Part shown: piece by piece, positions 26,178 to 40,011 of the stretch | Numbering within the stretch: the stretch's first letter is position 1 | How the letters are laid out: every line of letters begins with the position of its first letter | Assembly (NCBI GenBank): GCA_965644295.1 | Contig: CBFFRP010000023.1 | Location: 1 to 64,000 of the forward strand | Length of the DNA stretch: 64,000 nucleotides | Direction: 5' to 3' | From: Paraphysomonas bandaiensis | Taxonomy: Eukaryota > Protista > Chrysophyceae | Made by a program: the position numbers and the translations under genes | Notes under the pieces: model-generated | The model's input: the letters and a program-made list of their open reading frames with translations, nothing else | What the model was told of the DNA's origin: nothing | The model's database searches: none

Positions 26178-26927
26178 TGCTATATGTGTGAATTTTGTAA
26201 CATTCAACTTGATTCCTTCATATATCTATATGAGTTTGTACGTCATACCAACAATAGGTGTCGTAGAAAACGTGTGGTTAGCTTCTTATATGGTGGCCAC
26301 TCTAACTGAAGTCTAACATTAACTGCATTTAAGCAAGTATCGTTATGGTCATATCGCTGAGCAGTATTACTACTGCCTTGGCGCTTTAAGTACACTCACA
26401 GCATAAAATATATATCAGCATCATATGATGTTGAATGACTTCATAATTAGCTGATATCATGGAGTGTCTACATCATGATACGCAACAACCTTTGATAGTA
26501 TTGCTTGTAAATTATATCAACAACATTACCATGCCCGCAACACCTATAATTGTAATAACCATTCTATTGTGGGGGGTGCCAAGGTGAGTGTGATTTTGTC
26601 ATGTGCTTATATGAGAGGTGTGCATGGAGGATAAGCTCTTGACTTAATGATCGCACAGAATTCATTGGAATGATGTGCACTGTGCACTCTTCACGCTGGT
26701 CTTGTATATGCTGTAAACAAACTAGAAAATAGCGGGTATATAGCAACTTGAAAAGGGCTTTTGTAATCAAAACCCCCGTTTTCTAAGAAATATCTGTGAA
26801 CCCGTGTCGCGTACTGTTGTACTGTCACAACTGTACTATCATACTATTGTCCCATTCTCTAGGTACATTTGAAGGAACAGTGGCTCCAAGCCTGGCATCC
26901 ACCTCACTCACTCCTCTGCCTCCAGAC

Positions 26928-29900
26928 ATGGGAAAGAAAGCAAAGAAGAAGAACGACTCAAGAGGGTATGTAACCCACTCTGCTCCTCCTTCCTCTTCAT
27001 CTGTTGGGATAAACGAGACAGATATATCGACAACAAGCACATGTGAGGCTCCTCATGCATCACTCACACACAGTGATGAACATGAAGAGACTAAAGGACA
27101 GGAGGATGCAACATCGAATGAATTTAATCGTCGAGTGTTGGCAGAGATGCGTTTTATTAAGGCGGAAGGAGGGGGGTCGGCCTATAGGGGCCAGCTGTGT
27201 GCCCCCTCATCTGCTGGCAGTGACATGAAGTTTATGATGCCCTCCGAGTATATCCTTCAGGAGTTGCTGGACTATACAAAGGAAGTCGATTCCTGGGATT
27301 GTTTTTCTCTCTCTTCAGTTACTTATAATCGTTTTGTGAGGATTCTTCACGCGTTGCTCGCGGTGGGTATTGATGACGACATCGCATGTAAAGCTGTTAT
27401 TGCCACAAGTGGTTTTGATGAGCGTGCAGCCATTGAATGGGTAATTGATCAGTATCCCAACCAACTGCCTAAGGGGTGGAGAGAGTATGAAGTAGATACC
27501 ACTGCTGTCGTGGACACTGTACGTCCCGAATCAGTGGTGAAACAGGAGCAGGAGCTCCAAGCCCAGGCAGATATGAAAAGACGGTATGCGGCACAACAGC
27601 AAGCACAGGAGCTGGTACAAGAAATTGAACGACATAATGACTGCAGGCTGATGCCGTCACAGACCACTGATGCTGAACTGCATGCCACTCCCACTGACAG
27701 GTACATGTACTTACTTGAATATAAGAACAAGCTACATGCTGCTGTCAAAAATTTACAGAGTTCCAAAGAAAAGAAAGTTGTGAAAGAACGCTTACGAGAA
27801 GTTGGGTCTGAAATGGGATCCCTTAGATCGTCGGTCGACTTCAGGCTATTGGAAGAAATGAGCACCAAAAGCGTTGATAATGTTAGCGCGGACCCATGCG
27901 TTGAGAATCCTAGTGAACACACACAGGAAGATATGATTGAGGAAGAACCAGGTATTATGGGGCTTTTTGACGAAGACTCGGAGGTAGTTTGCACTGGCAA
28001 ACAGAAAAGTGCTGTATTTGAATACAAAGCATCCCGCAAGCATTCATCACCTCTGAAAATTCTATCGAATATTGTCCCTGAGTCTAGGCGATTTACACCA
28101 GTTTCCCAGGGTGCCTCTAAATGGAGAATGCGACTTGAAGCAGGGCCGTTGAACCCTTCCACAGCTAAACAGTTGTCTGTTGCCCGAGGCACAGTCCTAC
28201 TGACCGAACCTACCGAATATGCTTTGGACGAGGAGTCTTCAAGACAGTTAGCCGCTCTGCTGATGCTACATAAGATCACACCCGTTCTCGAAAGGAGCCG
28301 TGTCTTTAAACAACTCGCCCGCGAATTGACTGATGTATGGGAGGCATGGATTACAGATGAAGAGAATTCTCGAGAGAATGAGATTAGAAAAGCAGCTGAA
28401 AAACGTGTGACAGCCATCGAGACAGCTTTAGAGGAGGCAACGGTGACTAAGAAGAAAACAACGAAAGACGTTTCTTGTCCAGCTACAAGGAATAGTCGTC
28501 AAGGTATGAATATCGTTACCGTGTACGAGGAGTTAGAGCGCCGTCGGACGTCAGGGAGGTTGAAATTGGAGGACTCGAGGAAGGCGCTCCCAGTAACAGC
28601 CCAAGCAAAGCAGATTGTAGATCTCATTTCTCACAGCGACGTGTGTGTTGTATGTGGTGAGACTGGGTCGGGTAAATCTACGCAAGTACCACAGTTGATC
28701 CTCCGAGAGGCCCTCCCTACAGACCATGGAGTAATTAATATCATTGTTACGGAACCCCGTCGAGTTGCTGCCGTCTCGGTATCTGCCCGTGTTTCTGCTG
28801 AGATCGGTGACAATGGACAGTCGGATGCCCTATGTGGATATACCGTGCGTCTCGACTCGAACGTGGGGCCCAAATGTGCAATAGAGTATGTAACCATTGG
28901 AGTTTTGCTGAGACGATTACAGGCCACCAATGGTGCATGTCTAAATACATACTCTCATGTAATTGTAGATGGTAAGTGCTTAATATGTATCTTGGCGAGT
29001 TTTTCACTGTTGCGTAGAGGTTCACGAACGATCCGTGGACTCTGACCTCCTCCTCCTCCTCCTCAGAGAGTACATGAAAGATTCGTTGTCTTCGACTGCA
29101 ACTGCTCGTATTTTCCCACATGTAGTGCTGATGTCTGCAACGGCTGACTCAGAAACGTTGATGTCCTACTGGAGAGAGGCAAGCAATTCTGTTACTATCA
29201 CCCACGTACCTGGGAGAACGTTTCCTGTGAGCGCCCACTTTCTGGAGGATGTAGTAGAAGATTCAGGGTATGGAGACGGGCCAGGGGATGGAAGAGATGC
29301 GGGTGAAGCTTGTGAAAGTTTCAATGACGATGAGGATGATGAAAGTTCCCCTTCCTGGGTTGACGAATTGCAGTACTCAAGTAGAACTTGTAGAGTTGTC
29401 AACAGCAGTGATTTAACCCGCGTCAACTATGATCTTCTTCATCACATCATCAGGTATGAGCTACTCAAAGAATCGTCTGATGTGACACATGACCGAGGAG
29501 CCGTGCTTGTGTTTCTTCCTGGCATGGAGGAAATACGACGTGTTATTCGCTTAGTGGAAGGGGACCCCATTCTTGCCGATATATGCGTTCCGCTTCCAAT
29601 GCATTCCTCACTGCCCTTCAACGAGCTCCAGAAAGCTTTTAGCCGCGTGAATCCACCGAAACGAAAACTGATTGTGTCAACTAATATTGCCGAGACCGGG
29701 GTTACTATTGAGGATGTGGATCTTGTAATCGATAGCGGTCTTGTCAAATCCATGGAATGGAACGAAGTGACGCAAGTTTCTCTTCTACGGATGCATTTGT
29801 GTTCTGCTGCGGAAGCTATGCAGCGCAGAGGTAGAGCTGGACGAGTTCGAGCAGGTAAGTGCATCCATATGTTTCCACGAAGGGTGATGGAGGGGAGTGA

Positions 29901-31047
29901 GGGTGTTCGGGTTCGGAAGCAGATGAAGCGTCGACCAATTCCTGAAATGAAACGAGCACCGCTGACATATCCTATCCTCACCCTCATCGACCAAAGTTTG
30001 CCTGCTACGTTGCTTCTATCCGCCCCAGGGGACACCGTTTCGCAGTCAAAATTGACTCATGCTACCCAAACACTGGTTGAGCTTGGAGCTATAAGATACC
30101 CTGACACTGAAGAAGCAACCGGTCTCGAGTCCAATTGCGACGCTGGCTTAATTCACCGTCAGTTGTTTCCAACCCCACTGGGTCAACACCTAGCCGCCTT
30201 GCCCTGTGACCCGAAGAGTGGAAAGAGTCTTCTGGCTGCTCGGGTTTTGGGTTGTGCACATGCAGCGGCAGTATTTATTGCCACACTTGACTCCAAAAGC
30301 ATATTCTCTCGTAGTGAACGAACGTACGAATTCTTTAGGTCACACTTTGGTAAGCGTGCTCAAAGTGATGCAGTGGCTGTGGTCAATGTGTATACTGAGT
30401 GGATACTGTCTAGTAGAAAGTACGCATGGTGCAGAGAAAATGGAATTTCAATGACGGCAATGACTCAAGTTGCAGAAGTGGTGGATGACCTTTTAAGGTC
30501 ATTGGGTGTGGAAAAGGCAACACGTGATGGGAAACGCTTGCGCGGTGAGTGTACAGCGTGCCGTTCTGATATTGGCATGCATATATGTGTCACTGGTGGT
30601 TCGAAGGAATCCCTTCATGCTGCATTAGCTGTGGGATTGGGAAACAATGTTGCCTATCGCACAACTCTTAAGTCAGGTAGGACAGCGTTTCTCTCGAACA
30701 GCAAGAGCGACGTATACAGTGAGGTGCACAGTTCATCTATGGTCTCCACTCCGGGAGAGGTACTCGTTTATAGCTCCAAGATGGCTAATCTGAGGGGTAC
30801 CCAACAACTGTTTAATGTGGCCACTATTAATAGGGCGACTATGATGTTATTTTCTCCTTGGACAAATCACTATACTGGTGATGGGGTGGTGATTGTTGGC
30901 AATGGAATAGGCGTACGGTGCTTCCCTCAAACGTTAGTTGCACTGAGAAAGTTCCGATCAGTGTGGGAGAAAGCTTTAATAGATGGTGACACGAGCAATC
31001 TTCAAGGTTTTGTAGATATCTGCATGAAAGTGATAAAGTCGACTTAA
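26928..31047 (+). CDS. DExH-box helicase, DHX29/DHX57-like, with long N-terminal extension (2 exons)
   Basis: GETGSGKST, VD|EVHERS across an intron, MSAT, STNIAETGVTI, QRRGRAGRV; UBA-like segment in the N-terminus. Confidence 0.88.
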
Positions 31048-31857
31048 TAGCAGTTCTTGTTACAGCATATTATATCTGCATACGCATATTTGTGATAAGC
31101 TGCTTTGTTAAACAAGTATGTTTACAAATAGATTTGTAGCTGTTGGTACGCAGTACATATACCCCTCGTTATAGCATGCGGCACCCTTGAAAGTTACGGA
31201 AGCTACTTCAACAGATATATCAAGGTGTAGCACACTACTACTTTGCACGCGGCACAGTGCATAACTCGTGCCTAAAAATATTAAACCCCACACATTTGCT
31301 TTATACTTTATACCATAACAGAACACGAAGCTCAAAATCAAAGCGCAGGTTTAATTATTATTGAAGTAGTGTAAGAATGGCTACAAAATGGTGATGTGGA
31401 ATAATATAGAAACCGATAATCACAGATGGCTTCAGCTTTTTATCTTACGGTAATTATCAGGGCTGCGTAAAAATAAAATGTCAATTTTATTGAAATATTT
31501 CTAATATTGAAATTATGAAGCAAATAATAAATTATAGCAATTATAATTGATAACAACCTATTTCAACTTATTGTCAATCAATTCAAATAATTGAAATATT
31601 ATTACAGTAGTACCATCAATTTAAATACGTATATCGTATATTAGTTACTAAATATAATTATAAGCGGTACAAACAACATGTAGCTAGCTTATTGTTCAAA
31701 ATTACTCCAGGGCTTTTAAAATGTGTTCAAATATGCTCATTTTATGAGAGCAGTAATGGTAAATAAACATCTTTCAACATAAAAATAGCTTTAATACAAA
31801 TACAGTATATAAAAATTGCTGATGATGACTGCAGTCATTGTATGTTGAATTGAAGTA

Positions 31858-32316
31858 TGGGTAAACAAAGTCGGACATTCACCTTTTCGTGGTGTTCTGG
31901 GGGATAAGAACGGGAGAGATTTCTTCCGGAAACTAACGTGAGCCTCATATTATAAAGTAAGCAAATATTGTTCTGCTTACTCATTGCCAAATATAAAGGT
32001 GTCACTTGTGTAAATGTCTTTGGGCCTTGAAGAATAAACAGATATCCAGGAATGAACCCACCTCAAGTGAATCCGGGGTATTGGGCTGAAGTGAAGCATC
32101 CGAGCTGTTCACCTTAAGGTCTCGAAAATCCTGAAGTCAGTAGATGTCAGGTTTATCAATATTCTTCTTGCTCACTAAGTTTTCTTTGAGTGATGGAACA
32201 AAGTAGTTTACCTTGGCGCTTGCGGTGACGCACAAGCAGCTTTAGTATCGTTAAAAAGTAGGATATCACAGTTAAGCACTGACTCTTAAACGCCTATTTC
32301 TAATAATAAGACATTC
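31858..32316 (+). mobile_element. Non-coding structured repeat (SINE/SIDE-like), copy 1
   Basis: Colinear similarity with 41090-41594, 41598-42381 and 56514-57851; common 3' end ACGCCTATT(G/T)CTAATAATAAGAC. Confidence 0.75.
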
Positions 32317-32718
32317 TCAACTGAATTGAGGTGTCTTTTTTACTGATTCATCAATGGTGTGAAACAACAAACTCCATGATATTTACTCTAATATTTAGTA
32401 TTATGGAGTATATGCCCTAACACTGTCTTTAGTCTTTACTGTAGGACATGGAAGGGATGTGTAGTGTGATAGCGCATCGCCAATCCACTGAGTGCTATAT
32501 ATTCGGAACCTATACTTGCTTAACATCAGCAGTACACTTTTTAGGAAAGGAATTCTATACACTTTTAAAAGAAGTTGTGCGAAATATATCTACGGACATA
32601 CGTCCATACTTCTGCTTGAACATATGTGATTTGATATAGGATATTAATCAAGTTTGGTCAAGTATATTCTATAGTAGATATTAATTAATAGCACTAATAG
32701 TAATGGATGTAGTTAGTT

Positions 32719-33271
32719 CTAATCGTAGTCTCTCCGCTGCCGTCGAGACTCTTTGATGCTCTTTCTGTGCATCTTCTCACGTTTTCTAATTTGTTTACCT
32801 TTCTCGCCAATGCCCTCCCACATTGAACGCTCTTTAGGCTCTATAAATGCTTCATTCAGCATTTGTCTAAACTTCTTTATACAATCATTTCTATTTTTTT
32901 CTTGAGATCTGTAATGAGAGCATCACACACGTGTAGCTTTATATCTTATTGACCCACCGTTGCTCCTGGGACGTTACGATGAGCTCTCCATGCTGGTTCA
33001 TTCGATTGGCCTGCTGTGCTGCTAGACGTCCACGTACCTCCTTTGGAATCCAGTGAGCGGACATAACATGCAGACGCATCTCTGCTTTAGTGTTAACTTT
33101 ATTTACATTCTGCCCGCCCGGACCCGACGACCTCGAGAACCTGAACTCAAGCTCCTTATCAGGGATAATGAAGTTGGGGGGCAGACCGGAGTGAACGAGT
33201 CTCCATCTGAGAGATAAGGTACGGGGGGCTCGAATGATGCGGTAAGAAAGCATGACGAGTGTGTGGAACAT
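32719..33271 (-). CDS. ICT1: Mitochondrial peptidyl-tRNA hydrolase ICT1/ArfB-like (2 exons)
   Basis: FSRSSGPGGQNVNKVNTKAE (GGQ motif), SQEQR, basic C-terminus. Confidence 0.88.
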
Positions 33272-33324
33272 ACCAAACCATACCATACAACTCCACCACA
33301 TACACACACTGTACCACACTGCTG

Positions 33325-33430
33325 TACATACATACATACATACATACGTACATACATACATACATACATACATACATACGTACATACATACATACATACA
33401 TACATACATCATACTATACATACATACATA
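33325..33430 (+). repeat. (CATA)n microsatellite between divergent genes
   Basis: Direct reading. Confidence 0.95.
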
Positions 33431-33524
33431 GTGTGGTCTGTAGGTATGATATATGTGTATGTTATCCACTTCAGTGTATGTAGCACTGTGTATATTCTTT
33501 GTCTAAGTGTATCTACTTAGCGAA

Positions 33525-35235
33525 ATGACACATAAAGATAAATGCAAATTTCTTCTTCTAGCTGCAAGGAAGCTGAAGGAACACAGCCAAATCTCTTGCG
33601 CTCAGTTCGATCTGCTGAAAGAGCTCATATTTGATTTCGATGAGGAGTTATACGCATGCGCGAGCTTCTCTTCAGTGAAAGGGAGAGTCGACAGATACAC
33701 GAGGTGCTGTTATATATGGGTGGTGTGCTGTCTGTGTTAATGTGTCGTGTAGGCAGGTGTATGATACACTGTTTGATGATTTGACTCTCGAGCGGGCGCA
33801 TATTATAGCTACCACTTATGCCGATGAGTTGAATGAGGCGGATACTCGTGCACTTGTGTATGGTGAAGTAGATTTTGATTCATTTGCGGAAGTTCTGCGG
33901 TCTGCCACCGATGGAATCGCACGCACCGGAAAGTTTATTGACCTTGGTCATGGAACTGGTCGGGCCGTCCTGGTGGTAAGTTGACAACTTTCAATTAGCT
34001 TGCTCGTGTAATAGTTTTACAGGCGGCTCTTCTATGCGACTTCGAAGAGTACGTCGGTATTGAAATACTCAAGGGTTTATATGAGGTGGGTCCCAGCCAT
34101 TTCAGTTGATCATATATAAATCTGCTGTCCTGTACCACAGACGTCGGTTGGCGTGCTTTCAAAATACAAGCGGAATATAGAGCCGATGCTGTCCGGAGAG
34201 TGTGGAGTGGTAGGGCTTGTGCATGGCTCATTCCTCTCGTCAGAAGAAGACTGGGCGGATGCGGACCTGGTTTTCGCTAACTCAACTTGCTTTCCTGACG
34301 AGCTGATAGAGGACATTGCCACTCGCTGCAGAAAGCTTGCGGTTAAGTCCCGGGTTATCACCTTCACTACTTCTTTACGTTCCGAATATTTCAAGGTATA
34401 CTATATATTTATATTACTTGGTTAGACCCTTTTGACCACGGCAATACAGATAATATTTAAGAAGCGTCTGTTCATGTCATGGGGGCCCGCCACGGTGTTC
34501 ATTCACGAGCGCATTCCGGATGGGGAAGTGGTACCTGGTGTATACGATCGGTTTTCTCAATCATACCGTGCGAGTTCTCTTGTCCCTTATACGCCAGCCT
34601 CTCCACGGGAGCAGGCAACTGACACAAGCAGTGTTGGTAGCGGTAGCGCGTTTTCTATGATTCCTGTTCCCCCTATACACGTCGATGATGAATCTAGGTG
34701 CGTCAACCTATATCCATCCTTACACTATTATCACATGTATGCTTGTGTGAGCAGTCTAGCCACCACCCCCACTGGTACTGTGGTAACTACCTTAAGCGCC
34801 GGTGGTGACTGGGACCCTGACACTCCTACTCTTAAAGCCTGGGCGAAGCAGGAGCTGGATCTGTGTAGGAGTGAGCTTGATGAAAATAACTCCACCTCCA
34901 GCGGCGAGAACGACCACCGGAATATGACAGGCAGTAGCAAGTCGCCTCGGACTAACAGTTTAAGCTCCCGGAATTCTGGGGAGGATTGTGATGATGGGGA
35001 TGATGAGGCCGGGGATGATGACGACAATACTGAGGAGGATGGGATGGAGTATATACGTCTAAATATGTCACGCTCAGCATTCAGGAACCCCGAGAACGGT
35101 ATCTACTCGGATGATGACGATGAGCTCGAAGGTGTTGAAGATGACCGAGTTGAGAGGTTCTTTCATGTTGCCGACGATAGTGAGGAGGACGATGACGATG
35201 ATGTTGTGGATGACGTGTATGACGACACTAGCTGA
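33525..35235 (+). CDS. DOT1-like SAM-dependent methyltransferase with acidic tail (multi-exon)
   Basis: LVYGEVDF, FIDLGHGTGR, VGIEIL, ADLVFANSTCF, MSWG. Confidence 0.75.
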
Positions 35236-35940
35236 AGCTAACTGTTAACTGTATTGCGGTAAACTAATTACCTAAGGTGAAGCAGGTTAGAATGAGTAAT
35301 GTAGTTCCGGCTTTAGTAGTTTCATGTTCAATGATTTCTTCTGTATGTATCTGTGAGGATAATCATTATTATCAGTATATATAAGAAAGCAGTTATCGTT
35401 TTGTTTACTTTGTTAACATTTTCTATTTTCTTCTGTAGCGATTCTAAGGTTACGCACTCCTCTACTACATATATTTATTATATGTATGAATCTATTTGCA
35501 ATTGAAGTTAGTCAAATAGCTAAGGCCCAAGTTCTCAATAGTACTAAAATCTTGAATGTTGCAAGTGAGGAGGATAGCTTGCTGTCATACGTGTTGAAAA
35601 TTCAGGTAGACATTAAGAATGTGGAATACGAATACATCAGACGAAGCTGCTACCCAGTACATAGAAGCTACGAAAACTGTCATGTATTTAATAAATTCAT
35701 TTATTGTGATATTATCGTACAATGATCAATATTCATATTTTTTCGATTAAGTCAAACTACAATCCATATTAAATAGAAAATGTCTATGTATAGCCGATAA
35801 GCTGCGTTTGGAAATCTGCATTGATAGACAGAAGAAATTAACTTCTACGAAAGGAAATGAACCAATATGCTGCACAGAATATTCTCACGAGAATTAAAGT
35901 ATCTAGCTTGTCAGCATCTTACGACTCTGACCAACATCAG

Positions 35941-37017
35941 CTAAATTATTAGCTGGACGCTATCAACACCAACAGCACCAGAGTTTACCTCCGCCTTCTG
36001 CATTTTCATATTTTTGATATGTTCACGGAACGACGGACGAACGGCTTTGTTTACAGACTTGACTTTGCGTGGAGAAGCTCTTAGAGCACCGCTACTTTGA
36101 TTCTTTTTAGCTGGGAGATTCGAGAGTCTTGTCTTTTCCACAATACATAACACACCTCCCTGTTTCTCTTCGGGAACGTGTTCCCGCACTATTTTCTGAA
36201 ATGCGACCTTTCCCATTATGCGGCAGATAGATATAAGGCTGCGTTTACATGCTTCTCTGCCCTGCGGTCTAGCAGATCCAAGCCCCCGCTGTAAGAGGCA
36301 CACTGCTCCTGGAATATCCCACTCCATCGATTGGTCGCGCACCAAGCCCTCAGCCACAAGAACATAGGCGCGATTCGATATTTCCAAATTGCGATGAGTT
36401 GTCAGTGGAGAAAGAATGGGTACCAAAATTTGCATGGGGACGTTTTGCACCCCATTCTCGAGAGCTTCCAATGCAATTGCAGATATGAATTTTGGACCGG
36501 AGGTGGATTTTGTCATCAAAATGTGCAATACATTGTTGTAAGCAGTCACATCACTTCCAGCAAGCCATTCATGAAATATTGGGAGATTAAATATTGATTG
36601 TAGACAAAGAATAGCATTTCTACTTATGCTAGATCGTAATGAAGCAACACCTTGCCCTGATTCTGATATCATAGTGCCCACATTGCCGACTTCAATCACA
36701 TCGGAATGATGTACACACATCCGTCTAATTAATTCAACTGCAGTATATTTTTCGGCCCAACTTGATGTCGATGATTTCAGCACTTTAAAAGCAGACCGCA
36801 ACTGCAATTTAGGTTGACTGAGTGGTTGTAAATTTTCATCTGCAACAACAGACACGTCATATATTTCTCCCTCAGGGGCACCATCAAGATGAAGTTCATC
36901 TTGTGACAGCTTAATTTTCTTCGTTTCTGTTGTTATGGAGGAAACATCTCCTTCACACACTGCTCCTTGACTCCGCATTCTTCTTGCTCGACTTCTTGTG
37001 AGTGGTGGTGAATACAT
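35941..37017 (-). CDS. TOG/CLASP-N HEAT-repeat protein
   Basis: SSWAEKYTAVELIRRM..HH, SLRSSISRNAILCL, KFIS..A..AL. Confidence 0.7.
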   Translation of the reverse strand: MYSPPLTRSRARRMRSQGAVCEGDVSSITTETKKIKLSQDELHLDGAPEGEIYDVSVVADENLQPLSQPKLQLRSAFKVLKSSTSSWAEKYTAVELIRRMCVHHSDVIEVGNVGTMISESGQGVASLRSSISRNAILCLQSIFNLPIFHEWLAGSDVTAYNNVLHILMTKSTSGPKFISAIALEALENGVQNVPMQILVPILSPLTTHRNLEISNRAYVLVAEGLVRDQSMEWDIPGAVCLLQRGLGSARPQGREACKRSLISICRIMGKVAFQKIVREHVPEEKQGGVLCIVEKTRLSNLPAKKNQSSGALRASPRKVKSVNKAVRPSFREHIKNMKMQKAEVNSGAVGVDSVQLII

Positions 37018-37468
37018 TCTATATATATGAACTAACAAACTGTGTGTTAACAAGTAACAGCACAGGGTATTAATGGTGAAGGTATCAAATATGCTTGGCT
37101 TTTAAACTAAGTGTAATTCGTTCATAGAGCAGGTCTTAACTATTACATGTGGTGTGGTCATGTTGTTAACATTTGCAGGCAGTGTATCCACACACATCTA
37201 GAGCCATTTCCAACGGTCATTTCCGGTATTAGAGGCATATACAGCCGTATAGAAGGTATTGCTACGTCCAATACGTCTACACTGTGTCAAGTTTTCACAA
37301 AAGCCCCACTTTTCGTATCTCCAGAAAGTATAAACTGGAAAAGTAGTCCTCAAAATGGCTACTTTTCCTGATCTAGAAACTCATATGGTTACATACACAC
37401 TCATGTCGTAGTTTTCCTTTAAAGTAAAGTGGTTAGTATTTGTCTCCACAATTTCCTTCTAAAACAAC

Positions 37469-38122
37469 ATGAGTAAACAAAAATTGAACGAGCTTTTTTC
37501 TCAGAGAGAAGCCCTTGAAATCGAGGCGGATGCAATTGCCAGTCAGTTGAATTCAGTGGGTCCCAATGGAGCGCCCCCACCAGGAGTGAAAGGCTCTCTA
37601 TGTGATAGTGAGGGGTTCCCGCGAGCAGACATCGATTTATATGAGGTCAGACGAAAGAGGAATCGTCTAGCAGTAATAAACACGGATTATAATTTATTAA
37701 TGAAGGAGATTGGAAATGAATTGGCGGCAATTCATTCCGGAATTACCGACGATGATGACGCCAACGAAACCCCAGAGATACGTCCTGCAGAAGTATCTGA
37801 GCCAGCCTTAGAGGGAGTTAGTGATAGAAAACGAGATGCGGACTCTGTCATACTGATTCCTATTGCAGTCATAGATGAAATATTACCGGAGTCCCCAGCG
37901 CACAGTGCAGGTTTGGTGGATGGCGATCTTCTGTTGGCGTTTGGGACAATCGACCACAGGACCCAGTCTCCTATGAATGCCATTCCACGAGTGGTAATGG
38001 ATAACAAGGATAAGAGTATTGATATAGTGGTTCGCCGAAACAACACAGAAATTTCTTTAACGCTGGTTCCGACAACTTGGGCTGGAAGAGGATTATTAGG
38101 TTGCCACCTCTCACCAGTGTAG
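37469..38122 (+). CDS. PSMD9: 26S proteasome assembly chaperone Nas2/p27 (PDZ)
   Basis: L.DSEGFPRADID, NTDY..LM, SPAHSAGL..GD, W.GRGLLGC. Confidence 0.93.
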   Translation: MSKQKLNELFSQREALEIEADAIASQLNSVGPNGAPPPGVKGSLCDSEGFPRADIDLYEVRRKRNRLAVINTDYNLLMKEIGNELAAIHSGITDDDDANETPEIRPAEVSEPALEGVSDRKRDADSVILIPIAVIDEILPESPAHSAGLVDGDLLLAFGTIDHRTQSPMNAIPRVVMDNKDKSIDIVVRRNNTEISLTLVPTTWAGRGLLGCHLSPV

Positions 38123-39064
38123 CTTCACAATAATTTTGGATAATATTATAATATCGCGTTTTATTTAAGTTCTAATGTCAGTACGTCGATATGTAGTGTG
38201 GTATTTAGACGCTCTCTCTAAACATAAGAAATTACTTGGGATGTGTCATTGCAAAATTACTCAACCTTATATATGTTCTTTACTACTGGGTTTCAAACGA
38301 ACTTCTATACTATCTATATTATTGAAAAAATTTCGAAGTATTTTGTATGAACTGGTATGAACAAAATAGAATAGAATTTGAAATGACGAAAGAAATTGCG
38401 ACATTAACACATTTACTGCCTTCATTGTTGTAATTAAATAATATAGGACTGATATATCTTGTGAAGCGTGAACAGGGGTTTGCGGTACAAGTCACTTATA
38501 TCGACAAGCAATTTTATGGATACGTTAAGCTGATATGAATGTTTGATAAAAATTTCATAATATGACTATCATAATATTGATTGCACTATATTGTGAGCTA
38601 CTTTAACAGAAGCACAGAAACAATATTGATGGATGAAATTATCGGTAGAATTTGCACATCCACCTACCACCCCTAGTAATCGAGCTGCAATAGCTGTGCG
38701 ACAGATCGTTGAAGTACCAGGTGTAATAGATTGTGGAGCTTTAATATGTGTTAAGGTTGGTGTCGTAAAATTTTGTTTCGTACAGGCTAGGTGTCGTCTT
38801 TGAAATACCCCTTAGCGATTTCGTATTCTAATTAAAAAGTATTAGCTGTCAGGATTGGAACCTAACCTCTACATTAAACACGAATTTTATCAACGTATGA
38901 CTATTACTCGTATCATAATCATATGATGGCACAACGGCTATATCAAAGTTGTACAAAAGTGCAAGTTTAGTTAGTTCACTTGAGGGTTTGAAAGGTATCG
39001 CATGATGAATGTAACCTAAACAAGATCGGTAACAATTCGGAAACATAATCCATATATATTCTCA

Positions 39065-39541
39065 CTACAGTTCCGTATGTCCTTGTTTACTTTCTGCGGC
39101 TTCTTCATCAAATTCAGGACACTGATGAGGGGAATCGAGGAAGCATGTGTCGCGCCCTTCATCTAACACTTTGAACGAAGAAAAATGCAACCGAATCTTT
39201 GTATCTGGGTATATCTTAGTATCAAAAGAGGATATTGTTGAGCCAGATATTCCTTGTCCAAGCCACTCTTGAAACTTAGGTCCCTGAACTTTATTGCACC
39301 GTGCTTCCCCAACTAAAGTCCCTTGCGCACTTTTTTGAATCCACCCGAAGCATCCCATACTGTCAGCTTGCTTTGCAACAGCATCTTCAAACCCAACATC
39401 AAATAAATTACTTCCACTGATTTCATAGCGGAATCCATAAAACCTATCTACCATTCTCCATCCCTCAGGCTGACTTCTCGTTAATGCGCACAGGGAGAAC
39501 AAAACAGCACAATAAAACACACACTGACTTTGGAATGACAT
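39065..39541 (-). CDS. Secretory acylphosphatase-fold protein with signal peptide and HTEL end
   Basis: Hydrophobic N-terminus; FRYEISG..VGF..GWIQ..GTLVGEA pattern; C-terminal HTEL. Confidence 0.6.
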   Translation of the reverse strand: MSFQSQCVFYCAVLFSLCALTRSQPEGWRMVDRFYGFRYEISGSNLFDVGFEDAVAKQADSMGCFGWIQKSAQGTLVGEARCNKVQGPKFQEWLGQGISGSTISSFDTKIYPDTKIRLHFSSFKVLDEGRDTCFLDSPHQCPEFDEEAAESKQGHTEL

Positions 39542-39854
39542 GGATAAAATTAGTGGAATAGATAGAGAACGTATACTAGATTTGGATGATGATAATGCAC
39601 AGAAGGTTGATGATAGTTTTGATTGAAGAGCTTTGATTTAAGCGGCTCTCACTCTGCCTATACGAGTATAGCTACTGCCACCCTGCTGCTGCTATACATG
39701 CAGACACTGAGGAGGTCTAGAGGTCTGATATACTGTATACCCTACGGCGGTATACCAGATATATCAGGTATATACACTGTAGGGGCTCTACCCTACATAG
39801 ACGTATACAGTGAGCTGGAAGATCATGTGGACCCTCATACGCAGGATACACACG

Positions 39855-40011
39855 CCCAGTCCCAGTCCCAGTCCCAGTCATAGTCCCAGTCCCAGTCCCA
39901 GTCCCAGTCCCAGTCATAGTCCCAGTCCCAGTCCCAGTCATAGTCCCAGTCCCAGTCCCAGTCCCAGTCCCAGTCCCAGTCATAGTCCCAGTCCCAGTCC
40001 CAGTCCCAGTC
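39855..40011 (+). repeat. (CCCAGT)n hexamer array with periodic CATAGT variants
   Basis: Direct reading. Confidence 0.97.
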
